A stretch of DNA of 64,000 nucleotides from an uncultured Acidobacteriota bacterium (GCA_963720545.1 OY970399.1:2848001-2912000); one strand, 5' to 3'; numbered from the stretch's first letter, positions 31,433 through 41,735 are shown. The notes: generated by a model from the letters alone, not told the origin. Made by a program: numbers and translations.

Positions 31433-33208
31433 TTAGGCCTTTCCTTCCGCTTCCCACTGGGGCGAATAGTCGCGCGGTGCGCCGGGGACCGAATACTCGT
31501 AGGGCCCGCGGTAGACCTCGACCGGGGTGAGGAAGTTGCCGTGCGGCGGCGGCGACGGCGCCGCCCATTCGAGGGTGGTCGCCTGCCACGGGTTGTCGCC
31601 GACCTTCTTGCCCTTGAAGGCGCTGTAGAAGAAGTTGGCGATGAACACGAGCTGCACGAGGCCCAGGCTCCAGGCGCCGATCGAGGACACCACGTTCCAG
31701 TGCAGGACGTGCTGCGCGTGCGCGTAGGTGGCGCCGCCGTCATAGAGGCGCCGCGACACGCCGGCGAGCCCCATGATGAAGAACGGCATGAAGATCACGT
31801 TCATGAAGATGATCGAGCCGGCGAAGTGGATCTTGCCGAGCGTCTCGTTCATCTGCCGTCCGGTCGCCTTCGGGAACCAGTAGTAGATGCCGGCGAACAG
31901 GCCGAAGATGGTGCCCGGCGCGACCACGTAGTGGAAGTGGCCGATGACGTAGAGGGTGTCGTGCAGGTGGATGTCGGTGGCGGTGAGGCCGAGCGGCAGG
32001 CCGGTGAGGCCGCCGATGCCGAACATCGGCAGGAAGCCGAGCGCGAACAGCATCGGCGTGTTGAAGCGGATCGACCCGCCCCAAAGCGACAGGATCAGGG
32101 ACGTCAGGATCACGACCGAGGGGATCGAGATGATCATGGTCGTGGTCTGGAAGAACTCCGCCATCTTCGTGCCCATGCCGGTGATGAACATGTGGTGGGC
32201 CCAGACGACGAACGACAGGAAGCCGAGCGCCACCAGCGAGTACACCATCGAGCGCACGCCGAACAGCGGCTTGCGGGTGTTGTTGGCGACGATCTCGGCG
32301 ACGATGCCGAGCGCCGGCAGGATCAGCACGTAGACCTCGGGGTGGGCGAGGAACCAGAAGAGGTGCTGCCAGAGGAGCGGGCTGCCGCCGCCGCTGACCT
32401 CGAGCACCTGGCCGCTGATCACCAGGCCGCTCGGGTTGAAGAAGCTGGTGCGTGCGACGCGGTCCATGAGCTGCAGCACCGCCGCGGCTTCGAGCGGCGG
32501 GAAGGCGAGCAGCAGCAGGAACGAGGTCACGAACTCGGTCCAGACGAAAAACGGCAGGCGCCAGAAGGTCAGGCCGGGCGCGCGCAGCTGAATGGTGGTG
32601 ACGATGAAGTTGAGCGAGCCGAGCAGCGACGAGGTGATGAGGAAGACCATGCCGATGAGCCACCAGGTCTGGCCCTCGGTGGCGATGTTCGAGAGCGGCG
32701 TGTAGGAGGTCCAGCCCGACTGCGCCGCGCCGCCCGGCACGAAGAAGCTCGCGATCATGATCACGCCGCCGACGAAGTAGCTCCAGTAGCTCACCGCGTT
32801 GATCTTCGGGAAGGCCATGTCGGGCGCGCCGATCTGCAGCGGCAGCACGAAGTTGCCGAAGCCGCCGACCGCCAGCGGCACGACGCCGAGGAACACCATG
32901 ATGGTGCCGTGCATGGCGCCCAGCTGGTTGTAGAACTCGGGGAGCATGGTGCCGCCCGGCATGCGCGAATCGCCGAACAGCGCGCCGAGGAACGGCAGGG
33001 GCGCGCCCGGATAGGCAAGCTGCCACCGGGCCAGGGCCATGAGGCTGAACCCGAACAGCAGGAACAGCAGGCCGGTGACCGCGTACTGCATGCCGATGAC
33101 CTTGTGGTCCACCGAAAAGACGTACTTGCGCCAGAAGCCGAGCACCTCTTCGTGGTGCCCGGCGTCATGGCCGCCCGTCGCAACGTGCGCGGTGTGAGGA
33201 TGCGCCAA
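31433..33208 (-). CDS. coxA: Heme-copper oxidase subunit I, A-family (HPEVY), K-channel Lys replaced by Ile
   Basis: TTG start after AAGGGG; 'DHKVIG', 'MHGTIM', 'PDMAFPKIN', 'WFLAHPEVY', 'WAHHMF', 'HDTLYVIGHFHY', 'GVSRR'. Confidence 0.93.
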   Translation of the reverse strand: MAHPHTAHVATGGHDAGHHEEVLGFWRKYVFSVDHKVIGMQYAVTGLLFLLFGFSLMALARWQLAYPGAPLPFLGALFGDSRMPGGTMLPEFYNQLGAMHGTIMVFLGVVPLAVGGFGNFVLPLQIGAPDMAFPKINAVSYWSYFVGGVIMIASFFVPGGAAQSGWTSYTPLSNIATEGQTWWLIGMVFLITSSLLGSLNFIVTTIQLRAPGLTFWRLPFFVWTEFVTSFLLLLAFPPLEAAAVLQLMDRVARTSFFNPSGLVISGQVLEVSGGGSPLLWQHLFWFLAHPEVYVLILPALGIVAEIVANNTRKPLFGVRSMVYSLVALGFLSFVVWAHHMFITGMGTKMAEFFQTTTMIISIPSVVILTSLILSLWGGSIRFNTPMLFALGFLPMFGIGGLTGLPLGLTATDIHLHDTLYVIGHFHYVVAPGTIFGLFAGIYYWFPKATGRQMNETLGKIHFAGSIIFMNVIFMPFFIMGLAGVSRRLYDGGATYAHAQHVLHWNVVSSIGAWSLGLVQLVFIANFFYSAFKGKKVGDNPWQATTLEWAAPSPPPHGNFLTPVEVYRGPYEYSVPGAPRDYSPQWEAEGKA

Positions 33209-33270
33209 TGAATCCCCCTTCAGGAGCGGCGCCTCCGAACCATCGAAGACGCCGCGTTTAGGTTGCCCGT

Positions 33271-33987
33271 TTACTTGGCGGCGGGTGCGTTGAACTTGAA
33301 GGCGACCGACTTGGTGTCGCTGGCGCCGACGGTCACCGACGACTTCTGCACGCCGAGCCGCTCGTGCCACGCCTCGACCTCGTAGGTGCCGGCAGGCAGG
33401 TTGGCGATCGAGAACTTGCCGTCGGCGCCGGTGACCGCGAAGTACGGATGGCTGAACACCGCCATGTACGACTTCATCCACGGGTGGACGTCGCACTTGA
33501 TCTCGAACACGCCCTCTTCCTTGCCGAAGGTCTCGGTCGCTTCCTTGCGGCTCGGCGGCATCGCCATGTTGGTCGGCTTGTTCACCTTGGGCAGCGTGTG
33601 GACGTTGTGCAGCACGCCGTCGGTGTTGATGATCTTGAACGGCTGGTTGACCATGATGCCCATGACGTGCGGCTTGTACTGGCAGCCCACCTGGTCCATC
33701 TCCACCGGCTTGGTCGGCGCGGGATAGCTCTTGCCGGCAGGCAGGCCGGAGGAGATGCGCACCAGCACGTTCGCCATGCTGTTGCCGGTGCCGAGCACCA
33801 GCATCTCGTTGGGGATCGTCGGGTGCTTGGCGGCGCACATCGGCTCGGCGGCCACGGCGATCGGCTTGAGGGCCGGAACCTTGCCCTCATAAACCACGGT
33901 GCCCGCGACTGTGCCGGCCCAGGCGGTGCCGCACAACATGGCCACGCCCGCGCCGAAGGCCAGGGTCCTTCCAGAATGATTTCGCAT
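33271..33987 (-). CDS. Periplasmic protein with cupredoxin-like Cu motif and carboxypeptidase-regulatory-like beta domain
   Basis: Signal peptide; 'DQVGCQYKPHV', 'LHNVH', 'KCDVHPWM', 'TGADGKFSIANLPAGTYEVEAWHE'. Confidence 0.75.
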   Translation of the reverse strand: MRNHSGRTLAFGAGVAMLCGTAWAGTVAGTVVYEGKVPALKPIAVAAEPMCAAKHPTIPNEMLVLGTGNSMANVLVRISSGLPAGKSYPAPTKPVEMDQVGCQYKPHVMGIMVNQPFKIINTDGVLHNVHTLPKVNKPTNMAMPPSRKEATETFGKEEGVFEIKCDVHPWMKSYMAVFSHPYFAVTGADGKFSIANLPAGTYEVEAWHERLGVQKSSVTVGASDTKSVAFKFNAPAAK

Positions 33988-34071
33988 CGCGTCTTCTCTC
34001 CCTTGAGCCGGAATGGCCGGCTATTTGATTGATGATCGTACCGCTGCCAATCGCCTGCTGTCGCGCCCCGA

Positions 34072-35280
34072 TCAGAAGTTCTCGAACGCGAGCGATTCGC
34101 CGAGCCGGGGATCGCCCACCGGCACGACCGGATGGCTCTGCAGCAGCCAGCCGAACGCAGCCATGAACAAGGCGCCCACCGTAACGAATGCGGCCACGTC
34201 GAGGAGGCCGAAGTGTGGCCCGTGTTCGTTGAAATTGGGGGCCACCACCCAATAGATGTCGAGGAGGTGCATGGCCAGCATCCACACCGCCCCGAGCAGC
34301 AGGGTGGCCGGCTTGCGCTTCAGCCCGCGCATCAGCAGGTAGGGGAAGGGGATGCCGAAATGGCCGATGGCGAGCGCCATCGACAGCGGCCGCCAGCCGC
34401 CCTCGAGCCGGTGCTTGAACCAGATGGTCTCCTCCGGGATGTTGCCGTACCAGATGAGGAAGTACTGCGAGAAGCCGATGTAGGCCCAGAAGACAGTGAA
34501 GGCGAGGAGCAGCTTGCCGAGGTCCTGGAAGTGCTCGGGGGTGAAGATGCCGCGCACCCCGGCATGATGCAAACCGAGCACCACCACCGTCATGAATGCG
34601 AAGGCCGCGACCAGGCTGCCGGCGAACGAGTACACGCCGAAGATGGTGGAGAACCAGTGCGGGTCGAGCGACATCAGCCAGTCGACCGAGGCGAAGTGGT
34701 GGGTGATCGCGAGCGGAATGAGGGCGGCGGCGCTGTAGCGGCGTAGCTGCGCGGAAAGCAGCGGATCGTGCGAGGCGTCCTGCGCGTAGGAGGCGCGCGC
34801 GAACCACCAGGCGAGCCCCGACCACACCAGGAAGTAAACCGCGGCGCGCACGTAAAAGAAGCTGGTGTTGAGGTAGGCCGCTTTCGTCTGGATCAACGGG
34901 TCGCTGGCCGCGGCCGGCAGCGTCCACGGGAACAGTTCGTTCATGCCCAGGGCGACGGGCAGGAACAGCAGCGCGAACAGCGGCAGCGTGGCCGCGCCGT
35001 TCTCGGCCACACGGCGCACCACGATGCCCCAGCCGCCCTGGAAGGAGGTGTGGATGAGCACGAAGTAGAGGCAGCCGAGGGCGATGGTGAGGAAGTAGAT
35101 GAAGGCCACGAGCCACGCCGCGTAGAACTCCTGGGCGTGTCCGCGCGCCAGGATGGCGCAGGACAGCGCGCCGACGACGCCCACGGCGACGCCGATCATC
35201 CGCAGCCTTGCCCAGATGCTCTGCGCAGGCAGCGTGGCCTGCGCGATGCTCACCGAGGCGGCAGCGGCGTGTGCGGTCAT
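34072..35280 (-). CDS. actF: ACIII membrane subunit ActF (intact)
   Basis: '[11 protein letters not shown]', '[19 protein letters not shown]', '[36 protein letters not shown]'. Confidence 0.92.
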   Translation of the reverse strand: MTAHAAAASVSIAQATLPAQSIWARLRMIGVAVGVVGALSCAILARGHAQEFYAAWLVAFIYFLTIALGCLYFVLIHTSFQGGWGIVVRRVAENGAATLPLFALLFLPVALGMNELFPWTLPAAASDPLIQTKAAYLNTSFFYVRAAVYFLVWSGLAWWFARASYAQDASHDPLLSAQLRRYSAAALIPLAITHHFASVDWLMSLDPHWFSTIFGVYSFAGSLVAAFAFMTVVVLGLHHAGVRGIFTPEHFQDLGKLLLAFTVFWAYIGFSQYFLIWYGNIPEETIWFKHRLEGGWRPLSMALAIGHFGIPFPYLLMRGLKRKPATLLLGAVWMLAMHLLDIYWVVAPNFNEHGPHFGLLDVAAFVTVGALFMAAFGWLLQSHPVVPVGDPRLGESLAFENF

Positions 35281-37248
35281 GCGCTCACCCATTCAAGGCC
35301 CGCGACCCCGGCCTTGCGCAGCAGGTCGGGTGTCGCCGACTCGCTGAAGCGCGGGTCGGTGCTGTCGATCGAGATGAAGAAGCGGTCGTCGGTGGCCCGC
35401 TCGAAGCGCGTCGAGTCGAACAGCGGATGGTTGTGCAGCGGCAGCCGGTTCATGTGGAACATGCCGAGCACCGCGCCCAGGGCGCCGCCCAGCACCGACA
35501 GCTCGAAGGTGACCGGGATGAACGCCTGCCACGAAGCAGCGGCTTGCCGCTGATGACGAGCGGGTAGGCCATGGTGTGGACCCACACCTGCAGGGCGAAG
35601 CCGCCGGCCGCGCCGAGAAGCGCCAGGACCAGCACGAACAGCGGCAGCCGGCGAACGCTTCAGGCCCATCGCCTTGTCGAGCCCGTGCACCGGGAACGGC
35701 GTGTGCGCGTCCCAGTTGGTGAAGCCGGCGTCGCGCACGCGACTCGCAGCGCGTGGTAGAGCGCAGCCGGCGTCTTGAACTCGGCGAGCAGCACCCGGCT
35801 GTCGCCTTCGGCCTTCGCCGGAGCGGGCGCCAGGATGGCCGGAGCCTGGGGCTCGATGTCCGGCGCCGGTTCGGCGTGCGGATCGGCCTGCGGCAGCACC
35901 GACTTCACCTCGGCCGCGGCCACCATCGGCAGGAAGCGCACGAACAGGCAGAACAGCGTGAAGAACAGGCCGAAGCTGCCGATGAAGGTGCGCGAAGTCC
36001 CAGATGGTCGGGTGGAAGTAGCCCCAGGTCGACGGCAGGAAGTCGCGGTGCAGCGAGGTCACGATGATGACGAAGCGCTCGAACCACATGCCGATGTTGA
36101 CGAAGATCGAGAGCGATGAACAGCGCGACCAGGCTGCGTGCGCACCTTCTTGAACCAGAAGAGCTGCGGGAAGAAGACGTTGCAGCTGATCATGGTCCAG
36201 TAGGCCCAGGCGTACGGGCCGAAGGCGCGGTTGATGAACGCGAAGAGCTCGTAGGGGTTGCCGCTGTACCAGGCGATGAAGAACTCCATGCCGTAGGCGT
36301 AGCCGACCATCAGCCCGGTCACCAGCATGATCTTCGCCATGTAGTCGAGGTGGCGCATGGTGATGATCTGCTCGAGCCCGAACGCCCAGCGGCAGATCAC
36401 CATCAGCGTCACCACCATCGCGAAGCCGGAGAAGATGGCGCCGGCGACGAAGTAGGGCGGGAAGATCGTCGTGTGCCAGCCGGGCAGCTGCGAGACGGCG
36501 AAGTCCATCGAGACGATCGAGTGCACCGAGAGCACCAGCGGCGTCGCGAGGCCGGCGAGGATCAGGTAGGCCATCTCGTAGTGCTGCCAGTGCCGCTGCG
36601 AGCCGCGCCAGCCGAGCGACGAAGAAGCCGTAGGCGCAGCTTGCGGATCTGCGTCTTGGCGCGGTCGCGCATCGTCGCGAGGTCGGGGATCAGGCCGACG
36701 TACCAGAAGAGCGCCGAGACCGTGCCGTAGGTGCTGACCGCGAACACGTCCCAGAGCAGCGGGCTGCGGAAGTTCGGCCACGTGCCCATCTGGTTCGGGA
36801 GCGGGAACATCCAGTACGCCACCCAGACGCGGCCGACGTGGATGCCGGGGAAGATCAGCGCGCACATGACCGCGAAGATCGTCATCGCCTCGGCGGCGCG
36901 GTTGATCGAGGTGCGCCACTTCTGGCGGAACAGGAAGAGGATGGCCGAGATCAGCGTGCCGGCGTGGCCGATGCCGACCCAGAACACGAAGTTGGTGATG
37001 TCCCAGGCCCAGCCGACCGGCACGTTGAGGCCCCAGATGCCGATGCCTTCCCAGAAGAGCCACGGCACGCCGATGGCGAGCCCCTGCAGCATGACGAGCG
37101 CGATGCCGAAGACCACCCACCAGCCGCGCGGTGTCTTGCGCTCCATCACCCCGGAAACGATCTCGGTGACGGAATGGAAGTCGTGGCCGCCGAGGATCAG
37201 CGGGGCGCGGCCGGAAACCGGGTTGGCTGGGTCGACCTGCGCGTTCAA
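35277..37248 (-). CDS. actC: ACIII ActC (NrfD/PsrC family) apparently fused to ActD; about six frameshifts
   Basis: '[35 protein letters not shown]', '[35 protein letters not shown]', '[10 protein letters not shown]', then 'LLAEFKTP', '[10 protein letters not shown]', 'FIPVTFEL', '[10 protein letters not shown]'. Confidence 0.88.
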
Positions 37249-37391
37249 TCGTCCTCCAGCCCGCGCTCTCGGGGAGCCACAGGCCGCGTTGCTGCTACTT
37301 GGGTGCCTTGAGATACCAAATTAGAGACGACAAAGCAACCGACCCGCGACGACGAATCAGCGCATCGAAACGCGACGTTACCCGAATTGAG

Positions 37392-37730
37392 CTAACCCTT
37401 CGAGCCGGGTTTCGTTGGGCGTGCCGTTGCGGTTCGTCCGTGCGACCGCGCTTTGGGCATTTGGCGGACGTCGGTGGCGCCGTAGAGCGCCGCGGAGGCG
37501 ATGCCGGCGCCGTTGCTCCACACGAGCGAGCCGCCGTGGAGCGAGAAGCGCTTGAAGAACGCCACAACCTGCAGCGGCTGGAACACCGGTCCCTTCAGCC
37601 AGCGGCGGCAGTCCACCGTCTTTTCGACGCCGTCCTTGAAGCGCAGGTGGATCCGGTGGTTGCCGGCATGCACCGCCGATGCAATCTTCGGCAGCGGCGA
37701 CTCGCGTTGGTCATTGGGCGACATCGGCAT
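37392..37730 (-). CDS. DUF2442 domain protein
   Basis: 'IHLRFKDG..VD..WLKGPVFQPL..F..GSLVWSNGAGIA..LY'. Confidence 0.7.
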   Translation of the reverse strand: MPMSPNDQRESPLPKIASAVHAGNHRIHLRFKDGVEKTVDCRRWLKGPVFQPLQVVAFFKRFSLHGGSLVWSNGAGIASAALYGATDVRQMPKARSHGRTATARPTKPGSKG

Positions 37731-37785
37731 TCATTCTCGCCCAGTCCTTGTCACCCCGTGCCGTCGCGTTCAGAATGCCGGGGTG

Positions 37786-38655
37786 GTGAAGATCCGCACC
37801 TATAACGAGGTGAGCGGCGGCGACTCGTCCGGCATCCTGGCGCAGGTGGTGGCGCAGCGCGACCGGGTGAGCGAGCGCCTGGCCTCGGTCCGCCACGTGG
37901 TCGCGGTGATGAGCGGCAAGGGCGGGGTGGGCAAGAGCCTGGCGACCGCGGGTCTCGCGCGGGTGCTCGCGCGCAAGCCCTGGCGCGTCGGCGTCCTCGA
38001 TGCGGACCTGCACGGCCCGACCACGGCACGCATGCTGGGCGCCGTGCCCGGCAGCCTTGCCGTCCGCGACGGCGCCGTCGCGCCGGCTGCGGGCGCCGAT
38101 GGCATCCGCGTCATGTCGAGCGAACTGCTGCTCGACGAAGCGGCGCCTCTGCGCTGGAAGGAGCCGGGCGCCGACGGGTTCGTCTGGCGCGGCACCCTCG
38201 AGACCGGCATGCTGCGCGAGTTCCTCGCCGACGTCTCCTGGGGCGAACTCGACGTGCTGCTCCTCGACCTGCCGCCTGGCACCGAACGCCTCGAGGCGCT
38301 TGCGGCGCTGGTGCCGGCGCTGCGCGGCGTCGTGGTCGTCACCATCCCGACGGACGAGTCGTACCAGTCGGTGCGGCGCTCGGTGGCGGTTGCGCAGAAG
38401 GCAGGCATTCCCATCCTCGGGCTCATCGAGAACATGTCCACCTACCGCTGCGCGCATTGCCACGCCGCCGGGGCGCTCTTCGCCGGCGATGCCGCCGAGC
38501 GGCTGGCACGAGAATCGGGCGCGCCCATCCTCGACCGCGTCCCGTTCGACCCGCGCCTGCAACTCACCGCAGCCGGCTTGCCCGACAGCGTTCACGACGC
38601 GTTCGCGCCGGCCGCGGCGGCGCTCGCGGCGCGGCTGGAAGCGGCGGCCCGTTGA
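37786..38655 (+). CDS. Mrp/ApbC/NBP35 family Fe-S carrier ATPase
   Basis: 'VMSGKGGVGKS', 'LDADLHGP', 'DLPPGT', 'ENMSTYRCAHC'. Confidence 0.92.
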   Translation: MKIRTYNEVSGGDSSGILAQVVAQRDRVSERLASVRHVVAVMSGKGGVGKSLATAGLARVLARKPWRVGVLDADLHGPTTARMLGAVPGSLAVRDGAVAPAAGADGIRVMSSELLLDEAAPLRWKEPGADGFVWRGTLETGMLREFLADVSWGELDVLLLDLPPGTERLEALAALVPALRGVVVVTIPTDESYQSVRRSVAVAQKAGIPILGLIENMSTYRCAHCHAAGALFAGDAAERLARESGAPILDRVPFDPRLQLTAAGLPDSVHDAFAPAAAALAARLEAAAR

Positions 38656-39092
38656 AGTTCCTGTGCATCGCCTGCGATTCGGTGATGGCGTTCGCCGAAC
38701 GGCAGCTGCCGGGCGACGGCACGCTGGCCGCGATGTTCACGTGCCCGAAGTGCGACCGCTCTGTCGCGATGCTGACGAACCCGATGGAGACGCAGCTCGT
38801 CTCGTCGCTCGGCATCCAGATCGGCGGCAAGTCGGTTCCTGACCAGCCGTTCGAGCTGACGCGCACCGCGGTGGACGGCGGCCGCAGCGACGCCTTCGCC
38901 GACGCGCCGGTGCCCTCGGGCAGCGTCGTCTGGGAAGCCGAAGCCAAAGCGCGCCTCGAGCGCGTGCCGACTTTCGTTCGCGGCATGGTGCTGCGCATCT
39001 ACAACGACTACGCCAAGGAACGCGGTATTCGCTCGATGACCACCGAAGTCATGGACACGGCGCGCCGCGAGCTCGGCCTCGAGGGCATGTAG
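38652..39092 (+). CDS. Zn-ribbon-like (2x CxxC) + PCP_red domain protein
   Basis: TTG overlaps upstream stop; 'CIACD', 'CPKCD'; C-terminal 'WEAEAKARLERVPTFVRGMV..YAKERG..TTEVM'. Confidence 0.8.
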   Translation: MKFLCIACDSVMAFAERQLPGDGTLAAMFTCPKCDRSVAMLTNPMETQLVSSLGIQIGGKSVPDQPFELTRTAVDGGRSDAFADAPVPSGSVVWEAEAKARLERVPTFVRGMVLRIYNDYAKERGIRSMTTEVMDTARRELGLEGM

Positions 39093-39094
39093 CC

Positions 39095-39340
39095 GTGGCC
39101 TTCGACGAGCGCGACGCGGCTGGCCTGCGGCTGCGCATCGACCGCGACCTGTGCGTCGGCTTCGGCGACTGCATCACCGAAGCGCCCGACGGCTTCGTGC
39201 TCGACGACGATGGCATCGCCGTGTACACGAAGCCGGAGACGTGCACTCGTGAGCAACTGCTCGCGGCCTGCGAAGCCTGCCCCGTAGACGCGATCACGGC
39301 TTTCGGCGCAGACGGCGAGGTGTTGGCGCCGAAGCGCTGA
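39095..39340 (+). CDS. Small single-cluster ferredoxin
   Basis: 'IDRDLCVGFGDCITEAP', 'ACPVDAI'. Confidence 0.88.
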   Translation: MAFDERDAAGLRLRIDRDLCVGFGDCITEAPDGFVLDDDGIAVYTKPETCTREQLLAACEACPVDAITAFGADGEVLAPKR

Positions 39341-39344
39341 ACTG

Positions 39345-39422
39345 GACGTTGAGTCCGCACAGCTCAAGAGTGACTCGTTCCGTTCCGGAACGAGTTGGAG
39401 TTGAGTCGTCGACGCGCAGGAA
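39345..39422. repeat. Direct repeat copy 1 (78 bp), palindromic core
   Basis: GACGTTGAGTCCGCACAGCTCAAGAGTGACTCGTTCC(GTTCC)GGAACGAGTTGGAGTTGAGTCGTCGACGCGCAGGAA; matches 41736-41808. Confidence 0.92.
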
Positions 39423-39425
39423 TGC

Positions 39426-40808
39426 ATGGATCAAGAGAGCAGAGTCGTCAACGACGTCCATTCGCGGATGAATGAGACGCAGGTTCGCGAGATCGTGCAG
39501 CCGCAGTCCGCCGCCGATGTGCGCACCAGTGTTCGAAGAGCGGCGACGCAGGGTATCGCGGTGGCGACCAGCGGTGCGCGCCATGCGATGGGTGGGCAGC
39601 AGTTCCGCACGAGCGGGCTGCTGCTCGACATGCGCCTGATGAACCGGGTCGTGCATCTCGACGGTGGCGCCGGCCTTCTGCGAATCGAGGCCGGCGCTTC
39701 TTGGCCCGACATTGTCCAAGCCACGGCGCGTTCTCCATGGAGCATCCGCCAAAAACAAACGGGCGCCGATGCGCTGACGCTCGGTGGCTCCATCGCCTGC
39801 AATGCGCACGGCCGTGGGCTGGTGATGGGGCCGCTAGTTGATGACATCGAATGCTTGACGCTGTGCGATGCCCGTGGCGAACTCATCACTTGTTCGCGGC
39901 AGGCGAATGCGGAGCTCTTCTCCCTTGTGGTAGGCGGCTACGGCCTGTTTGGCGTTGTCATCGACGCGACTCTGCGACTCACACGTCGAATGGCATTGCG
40001 CCGACTGGTGGACATCATCGACATCGATGATGCCGTTGCCGCGGTCGCCCGCCGCGTCGCGGAGGGTTGTCTCTACGGCGACTTTCAGTACGCCATCGAC
40101 GCGACGGACGACTCTTTCCTGCGGCGCGGCGTGATGGCCTGCTACAGACCGGTTGCCGACGATATGCCGGCGACGGACGGGAGTTCGGATCTCTCGCGGG
40201 AGGATTGGCTGAAGTTGCTAACCCTCGCGCATACCGACAAGCGCCGGGCATTCCAGGCTTATTCCGAGCACTACCTGGCCACCCACGGCCAAATTTACGC
40301 CTCTGACACGATGCAGCTTGGCACCTACATTCCCTCGTACGCGGAGTTCCTTGCCGAAGCTCTCGGCCACACGGTGCCGGAGAGCCTGATGATCACCGAG
40401 CTGTACGTCCCGCCCCAACGAATCGTCGCATTCATGGCCGCGGCTCGCGCCGTGTTGCGCTCGACCGGCGTCGAGGACATCTACGGCACGATCCGTTCGA
40501 TCCGAAAGGACAACACCACATTCCTCCCCTGGGCTCGTGCGGATTTCGCTTGTGTGATCTTCAACCTGCGCACGCCCGCCACCGTCGCCGGCCGCGCACG
40601 AACGGCCGACGCGGCGCGCGGTCTCATCGACGCGGCCGCAGCTCTCGGTGGTTCCTTCTATCTCACCTACCATCGGTGGGCGACGCGCGACCAGGTCCTC
40701 CTCTGTCACCCCCGGTTACCAGCGATGCTTGCTTTGAAGCGGCAGTACGACCCGACACTCGTCTTCCAGAGCGACTGGTACGCACATCATGTCGCCTTGC
40801 TGCAATGA
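39426..40808 (+). CDS. FAD-binding oxidoreductase (FAD_binding_4 / VAO-type)
   Basis: 'GARHAMGGQ', 'TLGGSIACNAHGR', 'ELFSLVVGGYGLFGVV', 'LKRQYDP..FQSDW'. Confidence 0.9.
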   Translation: MDQESRVVNDVHSRMNETQVREIVQPQSAADVRTSVRRAATQGIAVATSGARHAMGGQQFRTSGLLLDMRLMNRVVHLDGGAGLLRIEAGASWPDIVQATARSPWSIRQKQTGADALTLGGSIACNAHGRGLVMGPLVDDIECLTLCDARGELITCSRQANAELFSLVVGGYGLFGVVIDATLRLTRRMALRRLVDIIDIDDAVAAVARRVAEGCLYGDFQYAIDATDDSFLRRGVMACYRPVADDMPATDGSSDLSREDWLKLLTLAHTDKRRAFQAYSEHYLATHGQIYASDTMQLGTYIPSYAEFLAEALGHTVPESLMITELYVPPQRIVAFMAAARAVLRSTGVEDIYGTIRSIRKDNTTFLPWARADFACVIFNLRTPATVAGRARTADAARGLIDAAAALGGSFYLTYHRWATRDQVLLCHPRLPAMLALKRQYDPTLVFQSDWYAHHVALLQ

Positions 40809-41701
40809 AGACGGCGAGCCCCAGCGCCACCGCGCGCCTTATCGCCGCGGCCACGGTGTTGTCGGCTTCCGATCCGTCGACCGCCAGCCTCATTCCGCCG
40901 GCCGCCGCTTCGTGGTGCGCCAGCTTCCTGTCCTTTGTGATCGCCGATCGCCTGCTGCTGGCTTCGGTACGCACGGCACCGGGTCGGGCCGGTTGGCGCC
41001 TCGTTGAGCGCATGACGCTGCCCGGCATGATTCGGCATTACGCGCTGCGCAAGGCGTACATCGAGACAGTATGGCGTCAGGCCAAGGGGGACGGATACCG
41101 CCAGCTCCTGGTGCTTGGAGCCGGCCTCGACACGCTGGGTTTGCGGGTTGCGGCTGCGGATTCGATGGTCCGCGTCGTAGAGCTCGACCATCCCGCCACG
41201 CAGTCGATCAAGAGACGGGCTCTGCTTGAACGCGCCCCTCACAACTTTCATATGGTCGAAGGTCGCTTGGACCGCGCAGGCTGGTCACCGGCGATACGCG
41301 AGGCGGGCGCGCTGGATCCGGCACTCGCGACCCTCGTGTTGCTCGAGGGTGTCTCCATGTACCTCAATGAAGCGGCTGTGATAGCACTGCTGGGCGAGGT
41401 TGGACGGTTGCCTGCGCCGCGGCTGCGGCTGGTCATGACACTGTTCGACCGCAGCGAAAAGCGCCGCATCGGCTTCCGGCCAACGAGCCGTCTCGTCACC
41501 GGTTGGTTGCGCGTGGTCGGCGAGCCATTCTTCTGGGGCTGCGAGGACGACCGTGTCGGGTCGTTCCTTCGATCCTGTGGATTCGGACTGATTCGTCTCG
41601 CCAAACCCCGCGACTTCACACCGGAGGCTCGCGCAACCGCGACGAGTGCCGTTCTCGAAGGTGAGGGCGTTGCGGTGGCAGATCATGTGACAAGCGGCTG
41701 A
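40805..41701 (+). CDS. Class I SAM-dependent methyltransferase (LCM-like)
   Basis: ATG overlaps upstream stop; 'QLLVLGAGLDT', 'ELDHPATQ', 'LLEGVSMYL'. Confidence 0.88.
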   Translation: MKTASPSATARLIAAATVLSASDPSTASLIPPAAASWCASFLSFVIADRLLLASVRTAPGRAGWRLVERMTLPGMIRHYALRKAYIETVWRQAKGDGYRQLLVLGAGLDTLGLRVAAADSMVRVVELDHPATQSIKRRALLERAPHNFHMVEGRLDRAGWSPAIREAGALDPALATLVLLEGVSMYLNEAAVIALLGEVGRLPAPRLRLVMTLFDRSEKRRIGFRPTSRLVTGWLRVVGEPFFWGCEDDRVGSFLRSCGFGLIRLAKPRDFTPEARATATSAVLEGEGVAVADHVTSG

Positions 41702-41735
41702 GGTTCGCCAACGTGTACCGAGTGTGCCAAGCGAC

